Assembly (NCBI GenBank): GCA_965603825.1
Contig: CBFDEM010000016.1
Coordinates: 463,695-527,694, forward strand
Length of the DNA stretch: 64,000 nt
Reading direction: 5' to 3'
From: Blepharisma stoltei ATCC 30299
Taxonomy: Eukaryota > Protista > Ciliophora
Notes under the pieces: generated by a model
What the model was told of the DNA's origin: nothing
Databases searched by the model: none
The model's input: only the letters and a program-made list of their open reading frames with translations
Program-made: the position numbers and the translations under genes
In this document: positions 1 to 11,164 of the stretch, piece after piece
How the letters are laid out: the number at the start of each line of letters is the position of its first letter
Numbering within the stretch: the stretch's first letter is position 1

Positions 1-325
1 CGCTGGGGTTCCGAGAAATGAGCATATTACCCCAAAAGAACTCAAAGAAATTTTATATAATCAGAAAGATAGAAATCTTGTTGAAATGTTTTGCTCTTTT
101 AATTTAATATAAGACTTATTGAAACTCATCTTATTAAAATTGCTTTATTATATTTTGTGCTTTAAGAAAATGCAAGCCATATGTATTTAAATAAGAATTT
201 ATTATTCAGCTATTAAACTTTATGATTTTTTCTACAGAGAGATAGCCAAAATAAATTTTATCAGGCATGACATGTATATTTTAAATCTATTTGCAATGCA
301 ATTAATAGCATTAAATTAAAAATAA

Positions 326-2494
326 ATGAATGAAGAGATGTATTGGGAAAAATTAATAAATGTGAACGAGGACTTGAGATATGAAATTGGCGAACTAAAT
401 AATAAACTAATAGAAGAATCAGTCAAAAGTGAAAGCCTTGCTATCGAAATCTCAATGCTAAGAAGCCAGCTTGAGTATCAAATGAAATTTAAGCCAAACA
501 GCACAGAAATCGAGGATCTCAAAAGAAAAAATGATTTGTTGCAGGCACAATTGAAAAGTATAGAAAATGATCATTTAGAATGCGCGCGGTTTTTAGAAGA
601 AAATTGTATATTGAAAGAAGAAATATTGAAACTAAAAGAAGAGATACAAAAAAAAAATTGTTTGTTAAATGATCAAATTTATGATAATAAGAAGATAAAG
701 CTATTGGAAGATACTGCTCATTTAATAAACCAAAAATTATTAGCACTTGAACTTATTGATAACTGCGAAATGAAAGAAAAAGTATTCAGTGATCTAGCTA
801 TGAATTCTAATAAATTAATTCAAACGGTAAAAAACAAAAACAAAGAAATTAGAGAAAAAAATATAAAAATCGAAGAGCTATCAATTGAAAGAGATCTTCT
901 CTTTAATGAAAATTCGAGTTTAAACAGTTCTCTGTCAAGAAGAAGTACTCCTTTGCGAGAAAATAGATCTAGGATTGATAGACTTGAAAAGCAATGTGAA
1001 GAAAAGGATGAAAAAAGGGTACTTATAGAAAATTTGTATCAGAAAACGTTAAAAAAATTAGAGCAGATTGAGTACGAGCTCGAAAATACAAACAAGATTA
1101 ACCACGATCTTCAAGATAAACTACGGGTTTTAAATAATCTTTGCAGCAAACAACAAGAGACTTTATCAATTTCTGAATGTAATGAAGAAAAATTATTAAG
1201 AAAATTAGAAAAATATAAATCATTGCTAATTAGCAAAGAAAAACAATTTTCTGAGCTTTGTTTAGAAAAAATAAATCTGGAAAATAAAGAAAAAATTGGC
1301 ATAAAAGCTCAAGAAGACATAGAGAAGCTAAAAAACCAAATAATTGAATTGAAAAACAGCCACTTAAAAAATCTAAAAATTAAAGAGGATATAATTTTAG
1401 AATTGGCAAAAGCAAACAAGGCAAGTCTAAATGAAATTCAAGTTTTAAAAGCCAAGGCCAGTAATTATAAGCAAGATATTGAGCTAAAAGATAAAAAAAT
1501 ATCTCAAATAGAATATGATTATAATATTTCATTAGAGAATTCGAAAAGCCACAACGAAAATTTTAAAATATTGGAAGAGAAATTAAGGCAAGAAATAAAA
1601 GAGAAAAATGAAATGTCTATTGAAATGCAAAAACTTAATACACAGCTTGATGAAAGTATCAAAAAATATAATGAAAATTTAAGCATTAATGAAGATATGA
1701 AATTACTCAATATTCAACTAGATAAAAGAGTCTCTGAAGCCACTGAGAAATATCATAAAGTCAATCAAGAATTAAGTAAATATTTTGAAAAATATAATAA
1801 CAGTTTAGAGACTATTAAGTCAATGAAAAATCAAAAATCAAAGCTAAATGAAGAGCTATCTGAACTTAGAAAAGAAATAATAAGTCTCAAAAATCAATTA
1901 GAAATATCTGAATCAATAAAGAATAATTTAGAAAAAAAATATGAACTTTATAAGCAATCATCACTTAAAGTCATTGAAGGTCAAAAACAAAATATCACTA
2001 ATTTGGAGACTGAAATAAATAATTTAAGACAAAATATCAATGAAATAAAAGAAGAATCCATTAAAAAAATAGATAAATTGCAAGATATAATAAATGACCA
2101 ACAACATGTAATTTTAAAATAGAAAAATATAGAAGCAATCCTTGCAAAAAAAAGGGAAAAAATATTAAAGCTTAAAGAAAAAATAATTGAGGTAAATAAC
2201 TCAAATAAAGAATTGTTTGCAAGTGTACAACAACTTAAAGATTTTTTGCAAAATCAAATTGTTTTTGAAGATTCAGTAGAAGAAGATGAAGAAGGTGGTA
2301 AAAAAGAAATTGAGAGAGAATTTATGTTATTAAAAGAAAAATATTCAAGTTTGGCTAAAGATTATGATGATTTATACAAAAAACTTGAAGCTTTAACAGA
2401 GGAAAATAAAAATTTAAAGGAAGTAATTAATGAAAAAGAGCGAAAGCTGAATGAATGAAATTTTGTAATGAAATCAATGAACAAAAGATTTTAA
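326..2494 (+). CDS. Long coiled-coil protein (one 15-nt intron at 2108-2122; UGA=Trp at 2456-2458)
   Basis: The K/E/L/N-rich heptad ORF 326-2122 ends in a TAG lying inside gtaattttaaaatag. Removing it joins in frame to the 2213-2458 ORF, which reads through TGA to TAA at 2492-2494. Confidence 0.75.
2108..2122 (+). other. 15-nt spliceosomal intron
   Basis: gtaattttaaaatag: GT..AG, A at position 10, contains the in-frame TAG; coding composition continues on both sides. Confidence 0.85.
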
Positions 2495-3158
2495 AGCGAA
2501 CTGGTATGAAAGAATGTAAAGAAAATGAACTAGATAAAATGTTTGGATTTTTATGCTGTAATTTAATATTTAATTTGGCCTTGACCATAATAATTATATA
2601 TAAAAAATGGCATAGTTTGCTTCTACAATTAGTACATTAGAGTATTATCTCGGCTCTTCAAGTGATAAAGACGTTGGTCTTAAAATCTCAAGGTATTTAA
2701 GTATAACCTTTAAATTAAATATTTAATCTATTGCATAAGCATTTTCGATATAGTATATAAATTATATAAAAATTGGTAACAAAATCTGAATCAATTTATA
2801 TCTGGTTTTAAAATGGCAAAAGCCTGCAATTCTAGTTTTAACATTTGATGAAAGCTTAATACATTTAAATTAGTGTTGACTATTAATGTGCAAAGAGAAA
2901 TAATTTTATATAGGCATATTTTGGTTATTTTGAAATGCATAAAATTAATTATACTCTGTACTTATAATCTAGCCTTCTTAATTGAATTATTAGAAAATAC
3001 CCCCATATTTTATATTAGAATAAATACTTGTATAATTACCTAAATAAATTTTCTTGTATCTAATTCAAAATTTTTTTAACAATTAGGTAGTTCTCTTATC
3101 AAATACCTTCTTTTCTGATATAAAAGCATTTACATATTATAAAATTTTAACAATCAGA

Positions 3159-3608
3159 ATGCAGGAGTTTCGCATCGGGATTACCTACAATTCTTGGCTT
3201 AGTCCAAATTGCCAAAATACATCTATTCAGATACCAACTGATATAATAGAAAGCTCTAAAGAAGTAGATTTTACGATTAAGTATAAAACCGAAATTTGCA
3301 GGAATTGGGAGAATGGCATATGCGAGTTTGGGGATCAATGTGCATTTGCTCATGGAATCCATGAATTACGAGAGAAGACAGCCCTCCCAAATAACTACAG
3401 GACTAAAAGGTGTAAACAGTTTTATGAATTAGGCTATTGTCTTTATGGGACAAGGTGCCAGTTCAAGCATCGAGAATTTTCTCCATCATCTGTAAAAATA
3501 AATTCAAGTGAGTCCAAATTTCTTTTAGGAAAAGGGTGTGATGATAACACTAAAAGAAGGCTCAGAATTTTTGAAGAGCTTGAATGTAAAGGTCAGGCGC
3601 AAAAATAA
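3159..3608 (+). CDS. Tandem CCCH zinc-finger protein (TIS11/tristetraprolin family, ARE-binding)
   Basis: KYKTEIC-x8-C-x5-C-x3-H and NYRTKRC-x8-C-x5-C-x3-H; C-terminal RRLRIFEEL resembles the TTP-family NOT1-binding motif. Confidence 0.9.
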   Translation: MQEFRIGITYNSWLSPNCQNTSIQIPTDIIESSKEVDFTIKYKTEICRNWENGICEFGDQCAFAHGIHELREKTALPNNYRTKRCKQFYELGYCLYGTRCQFKHREFSPSSVKINSSESKFLLGKGCDDNTKRRLRIFEELECKGQAQK

Positions 3609-4107
3609 GAATTTTCATCATTTTATTTAATTCAAATTTTAATTAAATTTGACCATTTTATTTAACATTAAACTTCAATAAAAGTTTAGCATATGCATTG
3701 ATATTATCAAATGATAAGATAAAGTGAAAATGTTAGGCTTAGCATATAGAATTAAATTATTTGCACCCTATGTTTTAATATATATATGAAATAATCCTTT
3801 AGATATTCTTAATAGCACTATAGAAGCTACGATATGCGTGATTTCATAATTTTGCTATCACACTTAATCTTTATATTAAGCTTCGTATTTTTAAGTAAAA
3901 TTTGCGAATTAATTCGTGTTATTGTTTATCAAGTATTTTATCACTTTTATAAAAGTTGGCACTCTAATAGTCTTATATGCTTTTCATTATTATCAATTCT
4001 TTTAACAGATGATATTAAAAATCATTTATGCTTATAAGTTTAAAAATTATATAAAATCTTATATCCAAAATATAAATCTATTATATTTAAATAATTGCTG
4101 ATAAATA

Positions 4108-4839
4108 ATGTATCAACAAATACTGAGATATATATCAAATCTTTACTCCAATCTCAAACAGAAAATCAATCAGGAAAACTTATCAACTCCAACCCGCAAA
4201 AGGCTTTTTTATTCAAGAATCATCATAATGTTTGTTCTTATGATAATTGTAATAACGAATACTTTTACTGCCACAGCTGTTCAGACTCGTCGTATCTCTT
4301 GCCTTTGGGATTTTTTATTAGAAGCAACTAGCTTGATCAATCAGTATTTTTTTAAACATGAAATTGCTAGGAATATTTTGTTGATCATAACTTCTGCTGC
4401 AATGGATATTCTTGTCTTATATCATGCAATAAGCTTTATGCTCTGAGGCAACTCTTTAAAACCTGTTATTTGGCTAATTTTATATATTGGGCTATGATTT
4501 TTATTTCAGTGGATTTTCCTTATGAGGTTTCCCAGCGGCTTTACATGGGGATATCCTGGATTTCCATCATTAACTATTTCATATATAAAATCAGCTGATT
4601 TTTATTTTTCAGCTAGAATGGGTGCATTAGTCTATTTTGGTATTTTAAGTCATGAGAAAAAGAATAAATATCTAACTTGGGCAGCAATTATTAACATTAT
4701 TCTAAGTTTTTGGATGATGATTTTTTTCAGAGCTCATTATTCAATAGATTTGATTTTTGGAGGAATTTTTGGGCATTATTGTATAATCATAAGTGAAAAG
4801 ATTTCGCCTTGGATTGACAAGAAAACCAAACTGCAGTAG
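4108..4839 (+). CDS. Multi-pass membrane protein of the sphingomyelin synthase/PAP2_C-like family
   Basis: ORFs 4108-4446 and 4522-4839 are in one frame across TGA 4444-4446 and 4495-4497; motifs DFYFSARMG and RAHYSID; several hydrophobic helices. Confidence 0.75.
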
Positions 4840-5103
4840 CTAGAGAAATGTAAATTTATTTATCTTTAATTATTTTGATAAAATTATGACAATAATGGTA
4901 TCGTTCTACTAATTTCAGACATAATTTTAATGGATTTAGTAATTTTCTTCAACAATCTAAATCAGTTATCAACATTAAGATTTAATGATTTCAAAATTAA
5001 AATCATAAAATAATTCATTCTGAATCCTAAAATCATAAATAATCTAAAAAGCTATTAACAATGAAAATATTTAAGTTTACCTTTATTTCATTATTGATAA
5101 ATC

Positions 5104-5946
5104 TTAATTTCCCTCTGATTCCTGCTCTGATTCATTCGATCCTTGAGACATATCCTCAGTTTTTTCTGGCAAAATATTACTTACTTTTCCTTTTTCTCTC
5201 CATCTTTTGCAAGTCGTTTCTTTAGCTTTTATCACAAGATGCTTTACAATTAAAGGCTTTAGTTTCAAGCCTGTCTGTTCTAAAAATTCGCAAGGCGTTT
5301 GAGGCTGGATTACAAGAAAAACCCAGCCATTTCGAAAATGAGATGTAACTTCATTTAGTTGGATTTTAAAGGAAGCTGTGTGCTTCCTTTCAGATTCATC
5401 ATAAGTCAGCCAACTGGTACTGTGCCCTTTTATCATTCCTCCACCGGACATGTTGTGGTTAATCAGTTTTGGGGGATTTTCTGCTGTATATAAAGCTACT
5501 CCAAGCTGAATTCTTTCTTCTAGAGGAATTTTGCTTTCTCCAAACGGCTCAAGTAATACTTTAATAGAGAAATATTTTCCTTTACAAACCGGATTAGGTA
5601 CTGACCCTGATAGCTCGAGGGAAAAATCGAATTTTGCATCTTCACCTGCCAGGAGGTCTAAGAGATTCTGCTTTGAAGGAACTGTGCCACTTTGAGGATC
5701 TGCAGGAAGGCCAGGAACTTGTAGATTTTCTATCTCTCTTCTTATATCTGCTAGTTTATTATGCAATTTTTCGTTCTGTTCAGCTATCTGCTGCATCAGT
5801 TTTCCTTGAATCATAATAGCATTCATAATTTTTTGTCCTTGAAATATATTTGGACTGCCATTTGGCTGTGAGGGGTTTGGTACACCAGGAAATTGGCATC
5901 CCATCGAATTTGGGAAGAACGGGGGTCCATTGAATGGATTTGCCAT
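5104..5946 (-). CDS. Hypothetical protein (P/Q-rich N-terminus, short coiled coil, beta-rich C-terminal domain)
   Basis: Open frame with ATG at 5946 (MANPF) and TAA at 5104; divergent from RagA. Confidence 0.75.
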   Translation of the reverse strand: MANPFNGPPFFPNSMGCQFPGVPNPSQPNGSPNIFQGQKIMNAIMIQGKLMQQIAEQNEKLHNKLADIRREIENLQVPGLPADPQSGTVPSKQNLLDLLAGEDAKFDFSLELSGSVPNPVCKGKYFSIKVLLEPFGESKIPLEERIQLGVALYTAENPPKLINHNMSGGGMIKGHSTSWLTYDESERKHTASFKIQLNEVTSHFRNGWVFLVIQPQTPCEFLEQTGLKLKPLIVKHLVIKAKETTCKRWREKGKVSNILPEKTEDMSQGSNESEQESEGN

Positions 5947-6083
5947 TTGTTTTTTTACCAATTATAATCAGTATCAAAATTTTATAAATTAATTTTTATC
6001 AATTAGGAAAGTTCAAATTAATAATGCTCCACAAATTTTCCTAATGTCAGAAATAATTTTTCAAAAGAGTTTGTAAAAGAAAT

Positions 6084-7010
6084 ATGGAAGAGAACGACCC
6101 AAATAAAAAGGTTCTCCTAATGGGTAAAAGTGGTGCAGGAAAAACTTCAATGAGGAGTATTATTTTTGCAAACTTTATGCCTAAGGATACCATGAGACTT
6201 GGTTTCACAAACTCTATCAATCAATCCAACATCAGATTTTTAGGAACTCTTTCGCTAGCGCTTTGGGATTGTGGTGGACAAGATCATTTTATGCAGCATT
6301 ATTTCGAATCTCAAAGAGACACCCTATTCAGAAACGTACAGGTGCTTATTTACGTCTTTGACGTGCATTCAGAAGATCAAAGGGACATGAACTATTATCG
6401 AAGCTGTGTTGACGCAATCCAAGACCACTCCCCCACTGCACACATCTTTGTGTTGATTCACAAGATGGATTTAATCCCTGTGGAAAAACGAGACGAAGCT
6501 TTTAATAAAAAAGAAAGAGAAGTTGTCAAAAACAGTGCAGGGCTCAATGTGATTTGCTTTAAAACTTCAATTTGGGATGAAACTTTGTATTTAGCATGGT
6601 CAAGAATTGTGCATTACTTGATACCAAATTCAGATGTACTGACTCAGAGCTTGAACCGCTTTTGTTCTGCATGTGAAGCTGATGAGGTCGTCCTTTTTGA
6701 AAAATCAACATTTTTAGTTATCTCAAATTTTTCATCAAAGCAGCATAAAGATGTGCATAGGTTTGAGAAAATTTCGAATATTGTGAAGCAGTTTAAATTA
6801 AGCTGCAGCAAAGCTGCAGCAAGGTTCAAGTCGATGACTGTGATGAACACTAATTTCTGTGCATTTGTTGATGAATTTACCTCGAGCACATATATTATGC
6901 TTATAAGTTCAGATTCAACGATTTTGCCTGCGCTAACGCAAATGAACATTGATTTAGCGAAAAAGCATTTTGAAGGTGTTGTGAGGGCATCTACTGCGGT
7001 AGCACAATAA
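6084..7010 (+). CDS. RRAGA: Rag GTPase RagA/B (Gtr1), TORC1 amino-acid signalling
   Basis: [62 protein letters not shown]. Confidence 0.95.
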   Translation: MEENDPNKKVLLMGKSGAGKTSMRSIIFANFMPKDTMRLGFTNSINQSNIRFLGTLSLALWDCGGQDHFMQHYFESQRDTLFRNVQVLIYVFDVHSEDQRDMNYYRSCVDAIQDHSPTAHIFVLIHKMDLIPVEKRDEAFNKKEREVVKNSAGLNVICFKTSIWDETLYLAWSRIVHYLIPNSDVLTQSLNRFCSACEADEVVLFEKSTFLVISNFSSKQHKDVHRFEKISNIVKQFKLSCSKAAARFKSMTVMNTNFCAFVDEFTSSTYIMLISSDSTILPALTQMNIDLAKKHFEGVVRASTAVAQ

Positions 7011-7179
7011 AAATAATTTACCAGTATTAAGAAAATTAATTTTTATTTTTAAGAATCTTTACGATAATGCTATAACAAGAAGTCTGTCCAAATTAGTTTA
7101 TTTTTATAATAACTGATATTTGAAATATTATTTAGATATAACTTTTTTATTCGTTTTTGGCTTATTTATCAAAAATAAT

Positions 7180-7896
7180 ATGGGCGATTGCAGCAGCAGA
7201 CCTACTAAAGCCGATATGGAGCAGCATATCCACGACTATAATGCAAAAAACGACCTATTTTTCCAAGCAGTCCCATTTGATAGAAAAATCGAAGAAATGA
7301 TTTTGGAAGAAAATTCAAAAAAAGGTCTTCAAGAAAAGCTTCAACTTTATCAAAGGAAAAAAGTTGAATACCTAACTACTTATAGTACAATAACTGCTGG
7401 GGAACCTCATATCCCTGAATTATCAATAGAAATTCAAAAAGGGCTCGATCTTCATACAAACAACTTATGCTTTACTCAAGGAAAACCTTATGTTACTGTC
7501 ACATTAGAGCCGAAGGGACCAATTTATGAAACTTTTGAATCTGACAAGTTTATTCCTTATTGATTTCAGTTATTTCAAATAAAGCAAAACATGAACAGTT
7601 TTAGTCATTTATTAATACAAGTATGACATAGGAGAAATGTAGCAGACGATTTACTGATTGGAGATATGGCAATCAAAATAAGCGATTTGGAAGACCAGCA
7701 TGTTAAAGAAGAGTGAGTTGAACTGACAAGTCTGTATAGTAATGATCTGCTTCGACCATCTTTGAGAGTTAGGATTCAGCTGATGCATGATAAAAAAGCA
7801 CTTTTGCACAGATTGTCAAAAAGATGCCAATATATTATAGATTTGATAAGAGCAGAACTAACACATAGAGAAAAACCTAATGGCACAAAGCATTAA
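7180..7896 (+). CDS. C2-domain protein with a possible N-myristoylation/palmitoylation signal (MGDC)
   Basis: Reading TGA 7561, 7624 and 7714 as Trp gives PYVTVTL...IPYWFQLF...LIQVWHR...DDLLIG...EEWVEL, with the three Trp at canonical C2 positions; TAA at 7894-7896. Confidence 0.85.
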
Positions 7897-8081
7897 TAAA
7901 CTGAAATGAATATAATCATAAAAAAATAATTTATTATGCTAAAGTACTTAAAATTGATTTTCAAAACATATTATAGCTTGTGAAAAATTAAAATTGAGAG
8001 CTATTGAAGTCTCATTTTTAAAATAATTTTTCAATCTTTGCATAAGCGTAATTCTGAAAAATGGGTGATTATAAATATAGC

Positions 8082-8294
8082 ATGGGTATTTGTTTTTCAC
8101 AAAGGAAACAAATCATGCAGTCATGAAGCAGCGGTAGGCTAGAAAACATTGCTTATATGAGACAAAAGGTAGCTGAAACAAGGATACTTAATGCCCCAAT
8201 TCTTAACTTGCGCAATAGTTCATTATATTCAAGAAGGAAAGCTGAATTAAATCAAATGTGCGATAATTCACAAGACTTAACACAAAGTACATAA
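8082..8294 (+). CDS. Putative 70-aa microprotein (MGICFS...), one UGA=Trp
   Basis: MGICFSQRKQIMQSWSSGRLENIAYMRQKVAETRILNAPILNLRNSSLYSRRKAELNQMCDNSQDLTQST*; higher GC than flanks; an upstream in-frame ATG at 8061 is also possible. Confidence 0.55.
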
Positions 8295-8716
8295 AGCACA
8301 GTGAATAACCTCTTCGATTCTTCATTATACAAAATTTTTGTGTTGCTGAAGGGGTTATTTATATTTATATTAAATAATTTATTTTTTATTTTGGTTAATC
8401 GTTCTTCAAGTAGCTCTATAATAAGAAAGTCCCTGTAGACGTTATAATAATTTGAATTTTTTTAATTTAATTTTTCTAAAAATCTTGTTATCTGATTTTT
8501 TAGCTAATAAAGCAGTTTGTGCTCATATCTTGGTATCTATAGAACCTTGACTCCATTTATTAAATTTTTCATATCATAATAACAATTAATTTCTTCACCA
8601 GAAGTGCTTATAAAGTATTATAGTTGTAAAAAATAGATACAATCTTAGGAATCAAATTATACAACACTAATAAGCTTCAAATTAGTATCAGCATTTTAGC
8701 CTGATATAAACGTAAA

Positions 8717-10105
8717 ATGATGGATAAATTAAAAGAGTGGAAAGGAGTCATTGCTCTTGTCGGCTGTTTTGTCACTAACATGGTAAACCCTATTAAGATT
8801 TCTGGTACAGTTAATACCTGGGGAGCAGTCAGCATTTATTTTACTTCATACTTTCATTCAAAAGACAGCTCAGTGACGTCATCTTCTATGTATCTCTGTT
8901 TTATGATCTCATATTTGTTAGGAACTCCTTTTTTCAGTAAGAAATATTAAGTGCTTGCCAGCTATTTAAGCAACAAAATTGGCTGCAAAATCACCGTGTT
9001 TTTAGGGTCCTGGGCTTCAGGGCTTTTTATGTTAGCTAGCTCGTTTACCACAAACCACTATTTATTCTGCGTTCTTTATGGAATATATGGAGCAGGTGTT
9101 ACTGGAATTATCAATATTCCAATAATTTGGGCATGCTGGGGATTTTACCCACAACGTATAGGGATGATTACAAGCCTAGGACTTGCTGGGTATAGCTTAG
9201 GGCCAATGGTATTTGGCTTTCTATGGACGATGATGATAAACCCTCATAATGATTCTCCACACAAAAGCCATGACGGAAACGCCGATTCTGGGCTTTTTGG
9301 CCATGAAGTTTATGATAAGGTCCCAGCCTCTATTAGATGGGCAGCTTTAATTTATGTTGTAATAGCAACCTTGGGCACTTCTATTATTTGGAACAAAGGA
9401 CTTACAAACGGCAGAAAAGGGGTAGGAAAAAGCTTAAAATTAAAAGATGTAATAAAACAGAAGAACTTTTGGCTTCTGTTGGGCTGGGTTTTATTTTTAT
9501 TTTGTCCTTATGCTTTTACTTTTACGAACTATAAGGTTGCCGCGATATCAAAAATAAAGAACGATCACTTTTTCGCCTTTTTGGGGTCTGCTGGATTTTT
9601 ATCAGCTTGTCTTGCAAGACTAGGATGTGGGTTTTTAGTAGACAAATATGGATGGAAAAGACTAGCTATGATTTCTGCTTCAGTCCAAACAATTATTAAT
9701 GCAACAATTTACTATTCAATGGAAATTGAAGAATTATATGCAATACTAGTCATAATTGAGTTTATGTGTGGAAGCAACGCATATCTATTATTAGTCATGG
9801 CGTGCAAAGAGATATACCCAAAAGACTCTTGGATCGTCTCATTTCCAGGATCAGGAATCACCTTGGCTGTCTTTTTATTATACTTGATGCAGCTATTTAT
9901 TTCTCCTGTATTTTTTACATAGACAATCGGCTATGAGTTCACATTTGACATCCTTGCAGGTATGGCGTTTTTAAGTTTGATATTAATCTACTACACACAA
10001 AATCCATCTGCTAATGCCCAAGCAGATATATCTTTATTAAGTGTAGAACCTTCTTTAAGTGAAGCAAAAACCGAAAATTCATTATTACCTAAAACTTTAA
10101 GTTAA
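8717..10105 (+). CDS. MFS transporter (OFA/monocarboxylate-like), three 15-nt introns
   Basis: About 12 hydrophobic helices; MFS motif-A-like LSNKIGCK and GFLVDKYGWK; introns 8783-8797, 8937-8951 and 9908-9922 give one frame to TAA 10103-10105. Confidence 0.85.
8783..8797 (+). other. Probable 15-nt intron (stop-free, in frame)
   Basis: gtaaaccctattaag with A at position 10; if retained it inserts VNPIK into the first TM helix. Confidence 0.65.
8937..8951 (+). other. 15-nt intron
   Basis: gtaagaaatattaag; removes the in-frame TAA and joins the two MFS ORFs. Confidence 0.85.
9908..9922 (+). other. 15-nt intron
   Basis: gtattttttacatag; removes the TAG and restores the last TM helix (GYEFTFDILAGMAFLSLILI). 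Confidence 0.85.
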
Positions 10106-10140
10106 AGTGTTTAAAAATGTATTTTTATTAAAAAAATGCA

Positions 10141-10917
10141 CTACATTATTTGGCACTTTCCGGTGCACCCCTGGCGCTTTTCTTCAGTTTCCATTATCAG
10201 CTCTCTGTTCATGTTTACTCTTTGCTCTATTGATTTCAGCAATTCTTTCAATTGATCATTTTCTTGGCCTTTATTGTGTAACGCAAGCTCGCTTTCTGTC
10301 AGCCTAATCTGCATAAGCTGAATATCTTTTTGCAGACTTTTTATTTGTTCATGAATAAAAGACTCTGGAGAATAATTGCACGCAAATGAGCTTTTAAAGT
10401 GCTTATCAGCAGAAGCAGGGGAGCTGGATCTTCCTCCATCAGATTGGCATGAAATGACGCTTTCTTTCATTCTTTTTGTAACTGTTGAAAATTCTTGAAG
10501 AGCTCTATGGCTGCTGTCCATATAGAGATTTGCTTCTTTTCTTAATTCTTGGAGGCTATGTTTGATTCTTTGATTAAGCTCTTCTGTTTGGTTTTTTAGC
10601 ACACTTTTTTCAGATTCTTTGTTATGATGGATATGGCTGCTTGAGAAACTCACTGAGATTTCACTATCACTATCTGATATTTGAATCGGTGACTGGTTTT
10701 TTGAATCTTCTTTAAGCTCTTTTGCTATTTTTGCTAGCTCACTACGCTCAGAAAGAGTAGTCGCGTTTGATGAAGGGGGTAGAGCTCCTTGGTTTGAGCT
10801 TGCTCTGAGGTCTGGGAAGGAGTTATCAGAGTTGCTTGATATTGAAAGAATTGTGTTTGAGGACTTTTCACGTTTCCGATTGAGTTTTCTATGCTTAGTT
10901 CGATATGATTCTTCCAT
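10141..10917 (-). CDS. Ser-rich/coiled-coil protein with C-terminal CaaX (CQIM)
   Basis: 258-aa ORF ending GCTGKCQIM*. Confidence 0.8.
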   Translation of the reverse strand: MEESYRTKHRKLNRKREKSSNTILSISSNSDNSFPDLRASSNQGALPPSSNATTLSERSELAKIAKELKEDSKNQSPIQISDSDSEISVSFSSSHIHHNKESEKSVLKNQTEELNQRIKHSLQELRKEANLYMDSSHRALQEFSTVTKRMKESVISCQSDGGRSSSPASADKHFKSSFACNYSPESFIHEQIKSLQKDIQLMQIRLTESELALHNKGQENDQLKELLKSIEQRVNMNRELIMETEEKRQGCTGKCQIM

Positions 10918-11164
10918 GCTGAAGTTGTTAAATTTATATTTTTTTTGATTTTGTAAATAAAATGAGTTACTTTAAGGAATTTCTTTTAATTCCCATAATT
11001 GTTAACCAATAAAGGTCTAAAATGAAATCATATCAAAAAATGTGCTAAACTAATTTATAGTTAACCCAAGAAATTCGGTATCTAAAAATGCAAAATTAGC
11101 TTAATAATTTATTGTTTTAATTTTATAAGTTTTAATTTTCCTTCAAAGATTTAAAAGTAGCAAA

